From the NCBI GenBank assembly GCA_963704705.1, contig OY969931.1:720001-752000 (forward strand): a stretch of 32,000 nt of DNA. The letters run 5' to 3'. The position numbers were made by a program, and so were the translations under genes. Source of the stretch: an uncultured bacterium (GTDB lineage: Bacteria; Patescibacteriota; Gracilibacteria; UBA1369; PNNO01). Under the pieces are notes generated by a model, which was not told the DNA's origin, ran no database searches, and worked only from the letters and a program-made list of their open reading frames with translations. How positions within the stretch are numbered: the first letter of the stretch is position 1; each line of letters starts with the position of its first letter. Positions 16,394-25,791 of this stretch are shown here, piece by piece.

Positions 16394-19048
16394 TTACTTC
16401 TTTCTATATTCTTTTTTCTCTCCTTCTTTAAGTTCTTTATTTTCTTTAACAGTACTCCATCTCTTTATTTTATCTTCAACCATTTCACGTTTTTGAGTAT
16501 ATCTTTCACGTACAACTTTTCTAATTCTTTCTGTTCTGCCTTCTTCAAATTCCAATTCAGGAGGAGCAAGAGTATCGAGTGAGAATGTACTTGAAGGCAT
16601 ACCATCAATTAATAAACGTGTATAAGCCGTATATTTACTCAAACTAACAAGGTCGGCAGGTAATACTTCTTCCCCATATTGCTGCGATAAATACTCAGCA
16701 TCATCAAATCCAACCTGCATTGATAAAATTGTACCTACGTTACCAAATACAGCATCACGTACTTCATCAGGCATCTGTGCAATATACTGATTTGCCATTG
16801 TTAGATTAAGTTTATACTTTCTTGCTTCTGATAAAATTGTTGCAAAAGAGTCCGTTGCAAAATTCTGGAACTCATCCACATATAAATAGAAAGGTTTACG
16901 ATCTTTTTCAGGGATATCAGCACGGCTCATTGCGTCAATCTGGAATTTTGTAATAAGCATGGCACCCAAAAGCGAAGAGTTATCTTCACCTAGTCTTCCT
17001 TTTGATAAATTCACAATAATAATTTTACCTTTATCCATTGCAAATCTTAAATTCACGGTACTTTTTGGCTGGCCAACTATGTTTCTAACAATAGGGCTAG
17101 ATAAAAACTGCCCAACTTTATTCATAATAGGACTGATTGCTTCAATTTTCATTTTATCCTGCATTGGTTCAAATTCCTTTTCCCAAAATGCTCTAAGGAT
17201 TGGATCTTCAAGCTTATTTACAACTTTTCTTCTAAAATCTTTATCCTGAAGTATTCGCGTAATCCCAAGCATTGTTGTATTTGGATAATGTAAAAGTGAA
17301 AGAATTGTATTACGTAGAATATGCTCTAATCTTGGTCCCCAACTGTCAGCATAAATCTTTTTAAAGATTCCAACCAAACCCGAAGCAATTATGGTATTTA
17401 AAGCAGGATCTTTAGATTCAAGCATGTTAAATGCTATAGGGAAATCACGATCAGAAGGATCAAATAAAATAACATCATTTGTACGATTTGAAGGCACAAA
17501 ATTAATTACACTTTCAGCCAAATCTCCATGAGGATCAATTACTGCCACACCTTTGCCGCTTTGGATATCACTGAAAATCATATTTTCGAGCAAAGTTGTT
17601 TTACCCATTCCGGTTTTTCCTATGATGTAAACGTGTCGCCCTCTATCAACTGTTTTAATTCCGAATGTTTTTCTGATTCCTCTAAAATTAGTGCGGCCGA
17701 TTAAAGTTAAATCATTTGCCAAATCTCCTTTTGGTTCAGGTAAATCAACTGGAGGTTCGAGTTTACGAGATTTAACCCAATATATATTTGGAGTGGCAAC
17801 GCTCATGTGCGGCATATGATAAATAGTCGCGAGTTCTTCAACGTTAATTACAAAAGGATTATCCAAATATCTTTTATTAAATCTTTCGATTATTTCGCGT
17901 CCGTTTATAAATTTATCAATTGTAAATCCATTAATTTGAGGAACACTAAATTGTTTGAATGAACCGGACATTTCGCGAAGTTTAATCAAAGCTGTTTCCG
18001 GATCTTTATTTTTTTGAATATAAACTATTCTTATATTTGTTTCATATAGAAGTTTTACAACTTTATCAATTGCTGCTCCAACTGAACTTTCACGGTCATG
18101 AGATTTAGAAACAGTATCTTCTAATTCGTCATCATTGCTTTCACCAGTGCTTAAATTTATTTTTGAACTAGAATTCAATCCCTGTAGCCAAAAAATAAAA
18201 TATAAAGGGAAAAACACTATTCTATATATTTTGTTTCTGGTACAAAACATTTTAGTATAAAGTTTTTGGAATTTTTCAATATTTGCCCAAATTCCTTTAT
18301 TTATAATTTTCACACACTTTGTAAAAAGTATCCTCCATTTATCAGACAAAGGTCTTACTACAATTTGTATCCAGGCCTGTTCTTCAACATCGTTTAATTT
18401 TGCAAGAGTCGCTGTAATACCCGCGATAGGATCAACCGCTTTTTTCATTATTTTATCCTCAAATTGAGCATACCTTTTAATAGGAAAAATTGTTGGATCA
18501 CTTAGAGTAAGCTCCGCACCGTAAATATTCTGATATGGATCCAATGCTTTAAATTCATTTTTATTTTGAATTTTCGGAAGATCCTTTAAAGGTACAAGCC
18601 CGGCTTCTTCAGTTGGTTTTTGTAAAGTTTCTCCAACGGCAATTTCCATTTTTTCAAGAATTGAATAATCTTTCACCTCTAAAATTTCAACATCAGGATA
18701 TTGAGCATATATTTGGCCTTCAATTGAATTTGCATATTTAGCAAGAAATGCCACAAAAAATTTAATATGACTGCCGGTATTTGCTATTTCCAGACTGATT
18801 TTATCCTGAGTAGCTCCAAATAAAGTTTGCCAAAAGCCCAATTTTTTATAAATTCCATGTAAAGATGAAAATATCTGTTCAGCTACAATCGGTCCGTTTT
18901 CGTTTTCTTTTGATACACGAACCTCAATTACTTTATAACGTTTTGCAAATTGACGTTGTTTTGCGAGTTTTTGACTTAAAAGCTCAAGTAAAATGAACGT
19001 TATATAAATTCCTATAAATATGAGAGCAATCACAAGTAGGGTCGACAT
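16394..19048 (-). CDS. HerA/TraD-like type IV secretion coupling-type ATPase with N-terminal membrane region
   Basis: HVYIIGKTGMGKTTLLENMIFSDIQSGKGVAVIDPHGDLAESVI (Walker A), KPFYLYVDEFQNFATDSFATILSEARKYKLNLTMANQYIAQM (Walker B and sensor region), plus hydrophobic N-terminal segments. Confidence 0.85.
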   Translation of the reverse strand: MSTLLVIALIFIGIYITFILLELLSQKLAKQRQFAKRYKVIEVRVSKENENGPIVAEQIFSSLHGIYKKLGFWQTLFGATQDKISLEIANTGSHIKFFVAFLAKYANSIEGQIYAQYPDVEILEVKDYSILEKMEIAVGETLQKPTEEAGLVPLKDLPKIQNKNEFKALDPYQNIYGAELTLSDPTIFPIKRYAQFEDKIMKKAVDPIAGITATLAKLNDVEEQAWIQIVVRPLSDKWRILFTKCVKIINKGIWANIEKFQKLYTKMFCTRNKIYRIVFFPLYFIFWLQGLNSSSKINLSTGESNDDELEDTVSKSHDRESSVGAAIDKVVKLLYETNIRIVYIQKNKDPETALIKLREMSGSFKQFSVPQINGFTIDKFINGREIIERFNKRYLDNPFVINVEELATIYHMPHMSVATPNIYWVKSRKLEPPVDLPEPKGDLANDLTLIGRTNFRGIRKTFGIKTVDRGRHVYIIGKTGMGKTTLLENMIFSDIQSGKGVAVIDPHGDLAESVINFVPSNRTNDVILFDPSDRDFPIAFNMLESKDPALNTIIASGLVGIFKKIYADSWGPRLEHILRNTILSLLHYPNTTMLGITRILQDKDFRRKVVNKLEDPILRAFWEKEFEPMQDKMKIEAISPIMNKVGQFLSSPIVRNIVGQPKSTVNLRFAMDKGKIIIVNLSKGRLGEDNSSLLGAMLITKFQIDAMSRADIPEKDRKPFYLYVDEFQNFATDSFATILSEARKYKLNLTMANQYIAQMPDEVRDAVFGNVGTILSMQVGFDDAEYLSQQYGEEVLPADLVSLSKYTAYTRLLIDGMPSSTFSLDTLAPPELEFEEGRTERIRKVVRERYTQKREMVEDKIKRWSTVKENKELKEGEKKEYRKK

Positions 19049-19093
19049 AAATTTCTATTGTTATAATTCTTGTGATCCCCTATTTTTCACCCT

Positions 19094-19519
19094 TTATTTT
19101 TCCCTTTGTAAGTCTAAATAATTTTTCAGAATAAGTGAAGCCGCAATTATATCATTCTCTTTCTTCTTATCCTTCTTTTTTATATTAAGAGATGTAATTA
19201 TACTATCGCTTTCAACACTTGTCAACCTCTCATCTTGAAGTATTATTGGGATCTTAAAATTTCTTTCTAATAATGCCTTAAATTCTTCTACTTTAATAGT
19301 GGAATTTGTTTTTTTGCCTTCAAGGCTTGTAGGAAAGCCTAAAATAATAGAAATAATATTTTCTTCATTAATAATACTATCTAATTTTTTAATTACATAA
19401 TCATTGGATTTATTTTCAATTGATGTACGGCCAAAAGCCATTTGCTGAAATATATCGCTAATAGCGACACCAATTCTTTTAGTGCCCCAGTCTAATCCTA
19501 ATATCTTACCTTTTTGCAT
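19094..19519 (-). CDS. ruvX: Putative Holliday junction resolvase / pre-16S rRNA nuclease
   Basis: KILGLDWGTKRIGVAISD, SIILGFPTSLEGK, IPIILQDERLTSVESDSII, KDKKKENDIIAASLILKNYL: YqgF/RuvX signature. Confidence 0.92.
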   Translation of the reverse strand: MQKGKILGLDWGTKRIGVAISDIFQQMAFGRTSIENKSNDYVIKKLDSIINEENIISIILGFPTSLEGKKTNSTIKVEEFKALLERNFKIPIILQDERLTSVESDSIITSLNIKKKDKKKENDIIAASLILKNYLDLQREK

Positions 19520-20013
19520 TATTTAGAAGCTTTTACTTCAACTTTAACAGTTGCGTCAACATCATCAGATAACCTTACTTTGAATTCATATTTGCCAATC
19601 TTTTTAATAGGTTCTGCAAGATGAACTTGTTTTTTATCAACTTTAACTTTTGCTTGTTCTTCCAATTGCTTGATAAGCTCTTTTTCATCAATTTTACCAT
19701 AAAGTGTGTCTTTATCGGTTGTTTTAGCTTCGATTACAAGAGTAATTGCTTCTAATTCATCTTTAAATTTAGTTGCCTGTTTTGCGAGTTCTTCTTTTTC
19801 TTTAACAATCTTTTCTGTTTCTTTTCCAGCCCATACAAGTCTTTTTGGAGTAGCAAGAAAAGCTAGTCCGTTTGGAGAAAGAAAATTTCTGAAATATCCG
19901 CTTTTAACGGTTTTAACTTCACCTCTTTTACCAAGGTTCTGTACATTTTTAGTGAGTATTATCTGCATGTTTATATAGTTTATTTGTAAAAAAGCTTTGA
20001 AAATATAGAGCAA
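19519..20013 (-). CDS. rplI: 50S ribosomal protein bL9
   Basis: MQIILTKNVQNLGKRGEVKTVKSGYFRNFLSPNGLAFLAT. True start is probably ATG at 19968, not the upstream extension. Confidence 0.95.
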   Translation of the reverse strand: MLYIFKAFLQINYINMQIILTKNVQNLGKRGEVKTVKSGYFRNFLSPNGLAFLATPKRLVWAGKETEKIVKEKEELAKQATKFKDELEAITLVIEAKTTDKDTLYGKIDEKELIKQLEEQAKVKVDKKQVHLAEPIKKIGKYEFKVRLSDDVDATVKVEVKASK

Positions 20014-20037
20014 AAGCGCTGAAAAGTAAATGGAAAA

Positions 20038-21837
20038 TTAAAATTTCCATTCGTTTATCCTGCAAAATCTGTCAGACGGGAAAGCTAAATTTTCTAAATT
20101 TATTCCCTGAACCTTTTGATCAGAAGCATAATAATATACTGGTCTATATAAGAAAATTGCTGGAATTTCTTCCTGAATAATTTCAGCGAGCTGTTTTAAT
20201 TTCGCCTGTTTTTCATCTTCATCAAATGAATCTCTTATTGCTTCGATTAAAGTATCAACTGCAAAACTCTTATAATTAGAAAGATTCAAACCATTATCAC
20301 CGGTCTGTGTAGAATGCCAATATCCGTAAAGATCCTGATTGTAACCCAGGCTCTGACCAAAAACCAATAAATCATAATCACGGGCTGCGATTTTTTCCTG
20401 TAAAGTTGAGGAATCATATAATTCAATATTTAACTTAACACCAGCTTTACTCCAGTTTTCCTGTAAATAATTAAGTACGGTATTCATCTCATTATATTTA
20501 TATGTGCCGTCAGGATATAAACGTGCAATTAATCTGAATTCAAGCACCTGATCTGCTGCATTTTTACGGATATAAGTCTCAGATCCAGCATCTTGGGCAG
20601 TATCGGTTGATTCAGTTGATTCAGTAGATTCGGTAGGTTCAGTAGGTTCAGTCACTGCAGTGTCTTCAGTAGCAACACTGGAAATTTCTTCATCAACACT
20701 TTCTTCTGCTTCACCCTGTTTATAAGCTTTAAAGCCGGCATCATAAAGCAACTGCTTTGCGTCTCCCATATTTGCGGTATATTTATAATCATCCTGATTT
20801 AAGCTAAGAACCGGTGTTTCAACTCTTATTGTATTAGGTAAAATATCCAAAAAAGCATCTTTATATATTGCTTTTTGAAGTGCCTGACGCACTTTAAGAC
20901 TTTTAAGTGTCGGATTATCCATATTTATAAAAACTGCAATATATTGCGGTAATGAATATCCATACATAGAAAATCGGGAATCAGTTGAAATATCATCAAT
21001 TGCTTCATCAACAACTTTTGGAATAGCATTTAAAGAATTTTTATTAGCAATTAGATCTTCTCTTGAAGGATATCCAAAAAATCTCATCTTATTAATTTGC
21101 GGTTTTTCATCATAAAAATCAGGAAATTTTTCAAGTACAATTTGTGTTACGCCAGTCATACTTGTTGATAAAGGTGATGAAACTTTATACGGGCCGGTAC
21201 CAACCGGATTAAAATTAAACTCATTATTATATAAATCATTAATAGAAACATCCTTTAATAGATGTTCAGGCAAAACTCCAACAGTTGTATTTGTAATAAA
21301 AAATGAATTTGGTGCAGACAACTTAAATTCAACGGTTTTAAAGTCGATTTTTTCAATCTCCACACCTTCAAAATTAGATTTTAAAATAGGATTTTGGAAA
21401 TCTGGATTTTGAATTATTGTTTTAAAAGTAAATATCACATCATCAGCATCCAGAATTTCGCCATCATGAAACTTAATATTATCCTTTATTTTGAATCTGT
21501 ATGTAAGTTTATCTTCACTTATTGTTACATCAGCCATATCGCCTACTATTTTCTGAGTATCAGGATCATATTTAGTCAGACCACTGAATATAAGCTTACT
21601 AACATCTCTGTCCGGTTCATTTAAATCAGCATAAACAGGATTTATACGAAACAAAGGGCTTTGAAAACCCTCTGTATAAATACCTTCTTTTTGCGGTGAA
21701 CCTCCCTGAAAATATAAGCTATCAGTGACTAGTTTTGTACCAAGTACCAAAACTAATACTATTAAAACAAGGCTGATTATTTTCTCGTGTTTAGTATAAG
21801 ACTTAACAACACGAAGAAAAATCGAAGGTTTCTTCAT
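20038..21837 (-). CDS. ABC-type peptide/oligopeptide substrate-binding protein (SBP_bac_5-like)
   Basis: PLFRINPVYADLNEPDRDVSKLIFSGLTKYDPDTQKIVGDMAD, YRFKIKDNIKFHDGEILDADDVIFTFKTI, NPVGTGPYKV, VRQALQKAIYKD. Confidence 0.92.
   Translation of the reverse strand: MKKPSIFLRVVKSYTKHEKIISLVLIVLVLVLGTKLVTDSLYFQGGSPQKEGIYTEGFQSPLFRINPVYADLNEPDRDVSKLIFSGLTKYDPDTQKIVGDMADVTISEDKLTYRFKIKDNIKFHDGEILDADDVIFTFKTIIQNPDFQNPILKSNFEGVEIEKIDFKTVEFKLSAPNSFFITNTTVGVLPEHLLKDVSINDLYNNEFNFNPVGTGPYKVSSPLSTSMTGVTQIVLEKFPDFYDEKPQINKMRFFGYPSREDLIANKNSLNAIPKVVDEAIDDISTDSRFSMYGYSLPQYIAVFINMDNPTLKSLKVRQALQKAIYKDAFLDILPNTIRVETPVLSLNQDDYKYTANMGDAKQLLYDAGFKAYKQGEAEESVDEEISSVATEDTAVTEPTEPTESTESTESTDTAQDAGSETYIRKNAADQVLEFRLIARLYPDGTYKYNEMNTVLNYLQENWSKAGVKLNIELYDSSTLQEKIAARDYDLLVFGQSLGYNQDLYGYWHSTQTGDNGLNLSNYKSFAVDTLIEAIRDSFDEDEKQAKLKQLAEIIQEEIPAIFLYRPVYYYASDQKVQGINLENLAFPSDRFCRINEWKF
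20599..20670. repeat. 9-nt microsatellite-like imperfect repeat encoding PTEPTESTESTESTDT
   Basis: Plus strand ggttgattcagttgattcagtagattcggtaggttcagtaggttcagt. In frame inside the SBP_bac_5-like gene. Confidence 0.75.
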
Positions 21838-21843
21838 ATAATA

Positions 21844-22059
21844 TTATGCGAACAGATATAATACCGAACTAAATACAAACAAAATCGCCAAAATAATTGT
21901 AAATCTGTACAAAACCTTTTCCGCACCTCTTTTACTTGCATGAAATCCTCCTGTTCCTCCAAATGTAGCTGACAAACCAGCACTTCTTTGCTGAGAAAGA
22001 ATTGATAAAATCAAAAGGATTGAAACTATCATCTGAAATATTTGAATAAATTCTTTCAT
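21844..22059 (-). CDS. secG: Preprotein translocase subunit SecG
   Basis: 71 aa, two TM helices, ILLILSILSQQRSAGLSATFGG, VLYRFTIILAILFVFSSV. Confidence 0.88.
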   Translation of the reverse strand: MKEFIQIFQMIVSILLILSILSQQRSAGLSATFGGTGGFHASKRGAEKVLYRFTIILAILFVFSSVLYLFA

Positions 22060-22064
22060 GATTT

Positions 22065-22433
22065 TTAATGTTTAAAAAATAAATTAGTGGCCCAGTTCAC
22101 AATTCCTAAAACTATGGCAGCAATAATATACGCTCCCAAGCCGGCAAAATAAAGCCTAACATCTCTGAATTCCATCACATTTATTACCCATTGCGTTAAA
22201 TATAGAATCACAGCATTTATAACAATCAAAAATAAACCAGCCGTAATAATCACAAATGGCAATGACAAAATCTTCATTAATGGCTTAACAAAAGCATTAA
22301 GTACGCCAATGACAATTCCGCCAATAATAAATAATTTAATTCCGCCAGTGCCTGTAACTTCATCAAGAAATTCAACTAGAATAAATAAAGTTAGAGCGTT
22401 TAATACTATTCCGATAAGAATGCGTTTTAGCAT
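22065..22433 (-). CDS. Phage holin family 4-like / YvlD-type membrane protein
   Basis: Four hydrophobic helices; FIIGGIVIGVLNAFVKPLMKILSLPFVIITAGLFLIVINAVILYLTQW is typical of the family. Confidence 0.85.
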   Translation of the reverse strand: MLKRILIGIVLNALTLFILVEFLDEVTGTGGIKLFIIGGIVIGVLNAFVKPLMKILSLPFVIITAGLFLIVINAVILYLTQWVINVMEFRDVRLYFAGLGAYIIAAIVLGIVNWATNLFFKH

Positions 22434-22491
22434 GATTTTTACAATTTAAGAATCGACAAAAAGTATACGGAAAAAGGTATTCAAAATCAAA

Positions 22492-25400
22492 CTAATCTTC
22501 TCTTCTGACACCAATAACTACTTTGTAACCATCAATCTCAACTTCGTCTTCTTTTTCCCACGTGAATTCGCTACCTTGTTGAAGTTCAATTGATAAAGTC
22601 TCACGTTTAATATAATCAGCAAACTGAGTAACAGCCGCTTCAATATCACCTTCTGCTTTAACCTGCAAATATATTCGTTCATAAACTTCAAATCCGGCTT
22701 GTTTGCGAAGTTCCTGAACAAATCTCACAACTTCACGAGCATAACCCTCGTTTTTCAAATCATCACTGATTTCAGTATCAAGAACAACTACAAACCCCGC
22801 TTCACCCTGCACATCATATCCTTCCGCACCTTCGAACCCAACCTCAACTTCTTCTGGTCCAAGTTCAAATTCGCCAACTTTAAACCTGCCTCCATCTAAT
22901 TCTTCAAAATCACCATCTTTAATTTGCTGGATTATTTTCTGGACATCTTTACCGTATTTTGGACCAAGTTTTTTCGCATCAGGTTTAACAACTTTATTCA
23001 CTACTTCACCAACTTCTGTTAACACTTCAAGATCTTTTACGTTTAATTCTTCACAAATCACATCTTTTTGAGCCAATATTATTTCTTTATCAACACTTTC
23101 AGGTAAAGCAACCTGCACTTTAGCCAAAGGCTGTCTTACTTTGATTTGCGCTTTAGCTCTAACAGAATGACCAAGATTAACAATGCGTCTTACAACTGCC
23201 ATTTCATCATTCAAATCTCTTCGGATCATTTCATGATTTGCAACTGGCCAGTCACATAAATGAACTGAACTTTCACTTTCTTTATCATTTTGAGTTAAAT
23301 TTCTGTATATTTCATCTGAAATAAACGGCATAAAAGGCGCTATAAGTTTTGTAAATTCAGTTAATACAACATACAAAGTCTGATAAGCTTCACTTTTATC
23401 TTTGTCGCTTTCTGATTTCCAAAAACGCCTTCGTGATCTTCTTATATACCAATTAGAAAGATTATCAACAAAATCAATCATTGGTCTGGTGCCGCGAGTT
23501 AAGTTGTAATCATCAAGTTGCTCGGTGCATTCTTCAATTAATTGATGAAGCTCTGACAAAATCCACTGATCGAGCTTATGTTGTGGTTTAAAATCTTTAT
23601 CGTCCTTAGGCTGCCATTCATCGATGTTCGCATAAGTCACAAAAAAGCTATATGTATTCCACAAAGTAAGAACAAATTTTTTGATCAAGTCGTCTACGTG
23701 CTGTTCGCTAAATCGCACGTCTTCGGCCAAAGGAGCTGTTGATGAATATAAAAAAAATCTTACAGCATCTACTCCCCTTGTATCAAAAAGCATATTCGGG
23801 TCTGGGTAATTTTTCTTTCGTTTTGATAACTTTTCGCCATCTGCAGCAAGCAAAATTCCATTAACAATCACGTTTTCAAACGCTGGTTTATCAAATAATA
23901 TTGTTGATAAAACATGTAGCGTATAAAACCAGCCACGAGTTTGATCCAATCCTTCAGCAATAAACTGCGCAGGAAAGTTGCTTTCAAATTCCTCTTTATT
24001 TTCAAATGGATAATGAAGCTGAGCATAAGGCATTGAACCGGATTCAAACCAACAATCCAAAACCTCAGGAATTCTCTTCATTGTTCCCTCACATTTATCA
24101 CATTTAAATTCGATCTCATTAATATAAGGAATATGCAAATCCAAATCACCATGCCTTTCAGGTAATTTACCATCAATTGAATTTTGCTTCAATTCTTCTA
24201 CGCTTCCAACAGCCTTTTTGTTATCACATTTATCACATTCCCAAATCGGAATTGGACATCCCCAATATCTGTTTCTCGAAATATTCCAGTCACGCGCTCC
24301 ATCAAGCCATTTACCAAATCTTCCTTCTTTAATATGTTCAGGCTGCCAATGAATCTTCTCATTATTAGCTAAAAGCCTGTCTTTAATATCAGTCACTCTG
24401 ATAAACCATGCTTTTGTTGAATAATTCAAAAGCGGTGTATCGCAACGCCAGCAATGCGGATATGAGTGCCTGTAATTCTCTTTTTTGAATAATAGTCCTT
24501 TTTCATCCAACCAGTCAGCAATATTCTGATCCATTTTTTTAACGAATTTTCCTGCCCAAGGCTCAACTTCAGCTTTAAAAGTCCCGTCTCCATTAACATG
24601 CTGTAATACCTCAAGTCCGTTTTCTTGTCCCACTCTAAGGTCATCTTCACCAAACGCAGGAGCGATATGTACTACCCCTGTACCATCTTCGGTTGAAACA
24701 AAATCAGCTAAAATAATAATGTAAGCTTTGTTTTCTAACTTGCCTTCATAAAAAGGAAACAAAGGTTTATATGATTTTCCTTCAAGTTCTTTGGCTGTTA
24801 TATTGCCCTGCACTTCATAATTTGAATCACCCATTACTTTCTCAAGCAAATCCTCAGCCAAAATATAAATTTCACCATTTTCAGCTTTAATTTTCACATA
24901 TTTAATATCAGCGCCAAGTGCCAAGGCAACGTTACCAGGCAGAGTCCATGGTGTTGTTGTCCAGGCAAGTATAAAAATTCCAGGTTCATCCTTTAATTCA
25001 AATTTACATGTAATTGAAAGGTCAGTTACATCTTTATAACCCTGAGTAACCTCAAAATTAGACAAAGGTGTTTCGCACCTCGGGCAAATATGCATACTTT
25101 TATGCCCTTGATAAACCATTTCTTTATCCCAAATCTGCTTAAATACCCACCAGATTGATTCCATGTAATCATTCTGTAATGTTGCATATGTTTCTTCGTG
25201 ATCAAGCCATCGTCCGATTCTTCTTAGAAGCTTCTCCCATTCATTTGTATATTTAAATACGCTTTCACGGCATTTCTCATTAAAATTTTCAATTCCGTAT
25301 TTTTCAATATCTTTTTTACCTGAAATTTCCAGTTCTTTTTCAATTTCATATTCAACAGGAAGCCCGTGGCAATCCCAGCCGTTTGTTCTTGGCACGTAAT

Positions 25401-25647
25401 AGCCTTTCATTGTCCAATATCTTGTAACAGCGTCCTTTAAGGCATTTGCCAAAATGTGTCCGTAATGCGGAAGACCGTTTGCAAACGGAGGCCCATCAAA
25501 AAACACATATTTCTTTCGTTTCTTTCTTCTGGCTACAGACTCTTCAAAAATACTTTCATCTTCCCAGAATTTTAAAAGATTATGCTCCATATCAGGGAAT
25601 GATTGTTTTGCGTTTACTTCGCTGAATGCTTTGTTTTCAGAATTCAT
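22492..25647 (-). CDS. ileS: Isoleucyl-tRNA synthetase, type 2 (eukaryote/archaea-like) signature
   Basis: FFDGPPFANGLPHYGHILANALKDAVTRY, NGWDCHGLPVEYEIEKEL, DGEKLSKRKKNYPDPNMLFDTRGVDAVRFFLYSS, VILNG context, 1051 aa. Confidence 0.97.
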   Translation of the reverse strand: MNSENKAFSEVNAKQSFPDMEHNLLKFWEDESIFEESVARRKKRKKYVFFDGPPFANGLPHYGHILANALKDAVTRYWTMKGYYVPRTNGWDCHGLPVEYEIEKELEISGKKDIEKYGIENFNEKCRESVFKYTNEWEKLLRRIGRWLDHEETYATLQNDYMESIWWVFKQIWDKEMVYQGHKSMHICPRCETPLSNFEVTQGYKDVTDLSITCKFELKDEPGIFILAWTTTPWTLPGNVALALGADIKYVKIKAENGEIYILAEDLLEKVMGDSNYEVQGNITAKELEGKSYKPLFPFYEGKLENKAYIIILADFVSTEDGTGVVHIAPAFGEDDLRVGQENGLEVLQHVNGDGTFKAEVEPWAGKFVKKMDQNIADWLDEKGLLFKKENYRHSYPHCWRCDTPLLNYSTKAWFIRVTDIKDRLLANNEKIHWQPEHIKEGRFGKWLDGARDWNISRNRYWGCPIPIWECDKCDNKKAVGSVEELKQNSIDGKLPERHGDLDLHIPYINEIEFKCDKCEGTMKRIPEVLDCWFESGSMPYAQLHYPFENKEEFESNFPAQFIAEGLDQTRGWFYTLHVLSTILFDKPAFENVIVNGILLAADGEKLSKRKKNYPDPNMLFDTRGVDAVRFFLYSSTAPLAEDVRFSEQHVDDLIKKFVLTLWNTYSFFVTYANIDEWQPKDDKDFKPQHKLDQWILSELHQLIEECTEQLDDYNLTRGTRPMIDFVDNLSNWYIRRSRRRFWKSESDKDKSEAYQTLYVVLTEFTKLIAPFMPFISDEIYRNLTQNDKESESSVHLCDWPVANHEMIRRDLNDEMAVVRRIVNLGHSVRAKAQIKVRQPLAKVQVALPESVDKEIILAQKDVICEELNVKDLEVLTEVGEVVNKVVKPDAKKLGPKYGKDVQKIIQQIKDGDFEELDGGRFKVGEFELGPEEVEVGFEGAEGYDVQGEAGFVVVLDTEISDDLKNEGYAREVVRFVQELRKQAGFEVYERIYLQVKAEGDIEAAVTQFADYIKRETLSIELQQGSEFTWEKEDEVEIDGYKVVIGVRRED

Positions 25648-25680
25648 GTTATTATTTTTTAGTTGAATGAATAAACATTA

Positions 25681-25790
25681 TACGCTCTGCGTACTTGCTA
25701 GTCCGACTCGCTACGTTCGTCGCGCTATCAAGCAACACTTCGTCGTACTTGACTATCCGATTCGTGCTATGCACTCATCGCATATTCAAG
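25681..25790 (-). repeat. Tandem pair of related imperfect palindromic hairpins plus small third hairpin in the ileS leader
   Basis: Hairpin A 25748..25790 (43 nt; 16 of 20 symmetric positions pair). Hairpin B 25694..25732 (39 nt). Hairpin C TACGCtctGCGTA 25681..25693. A and B align with each other (CTTGA..TA..CGCGA../CTTGAATATGCGATGA...). Confidence 0.75.
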
Positions 25791-25791
25791 C

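Noticed and set aside
22065-22433. Prophage holin, suggesting a phage region
   Set aside because: This membrane family (YvlD-like) is commonly chromosomal. Neighbours are secG and ileS, and no phage genes are present.
24426-24653. 75-aa minus-strand ORF within ileS in another frame, plus the other small ORFs on both strands inside 22518..24372
   Set aside because: All are nested in the conserved ileS reading frame with no independent evidence.
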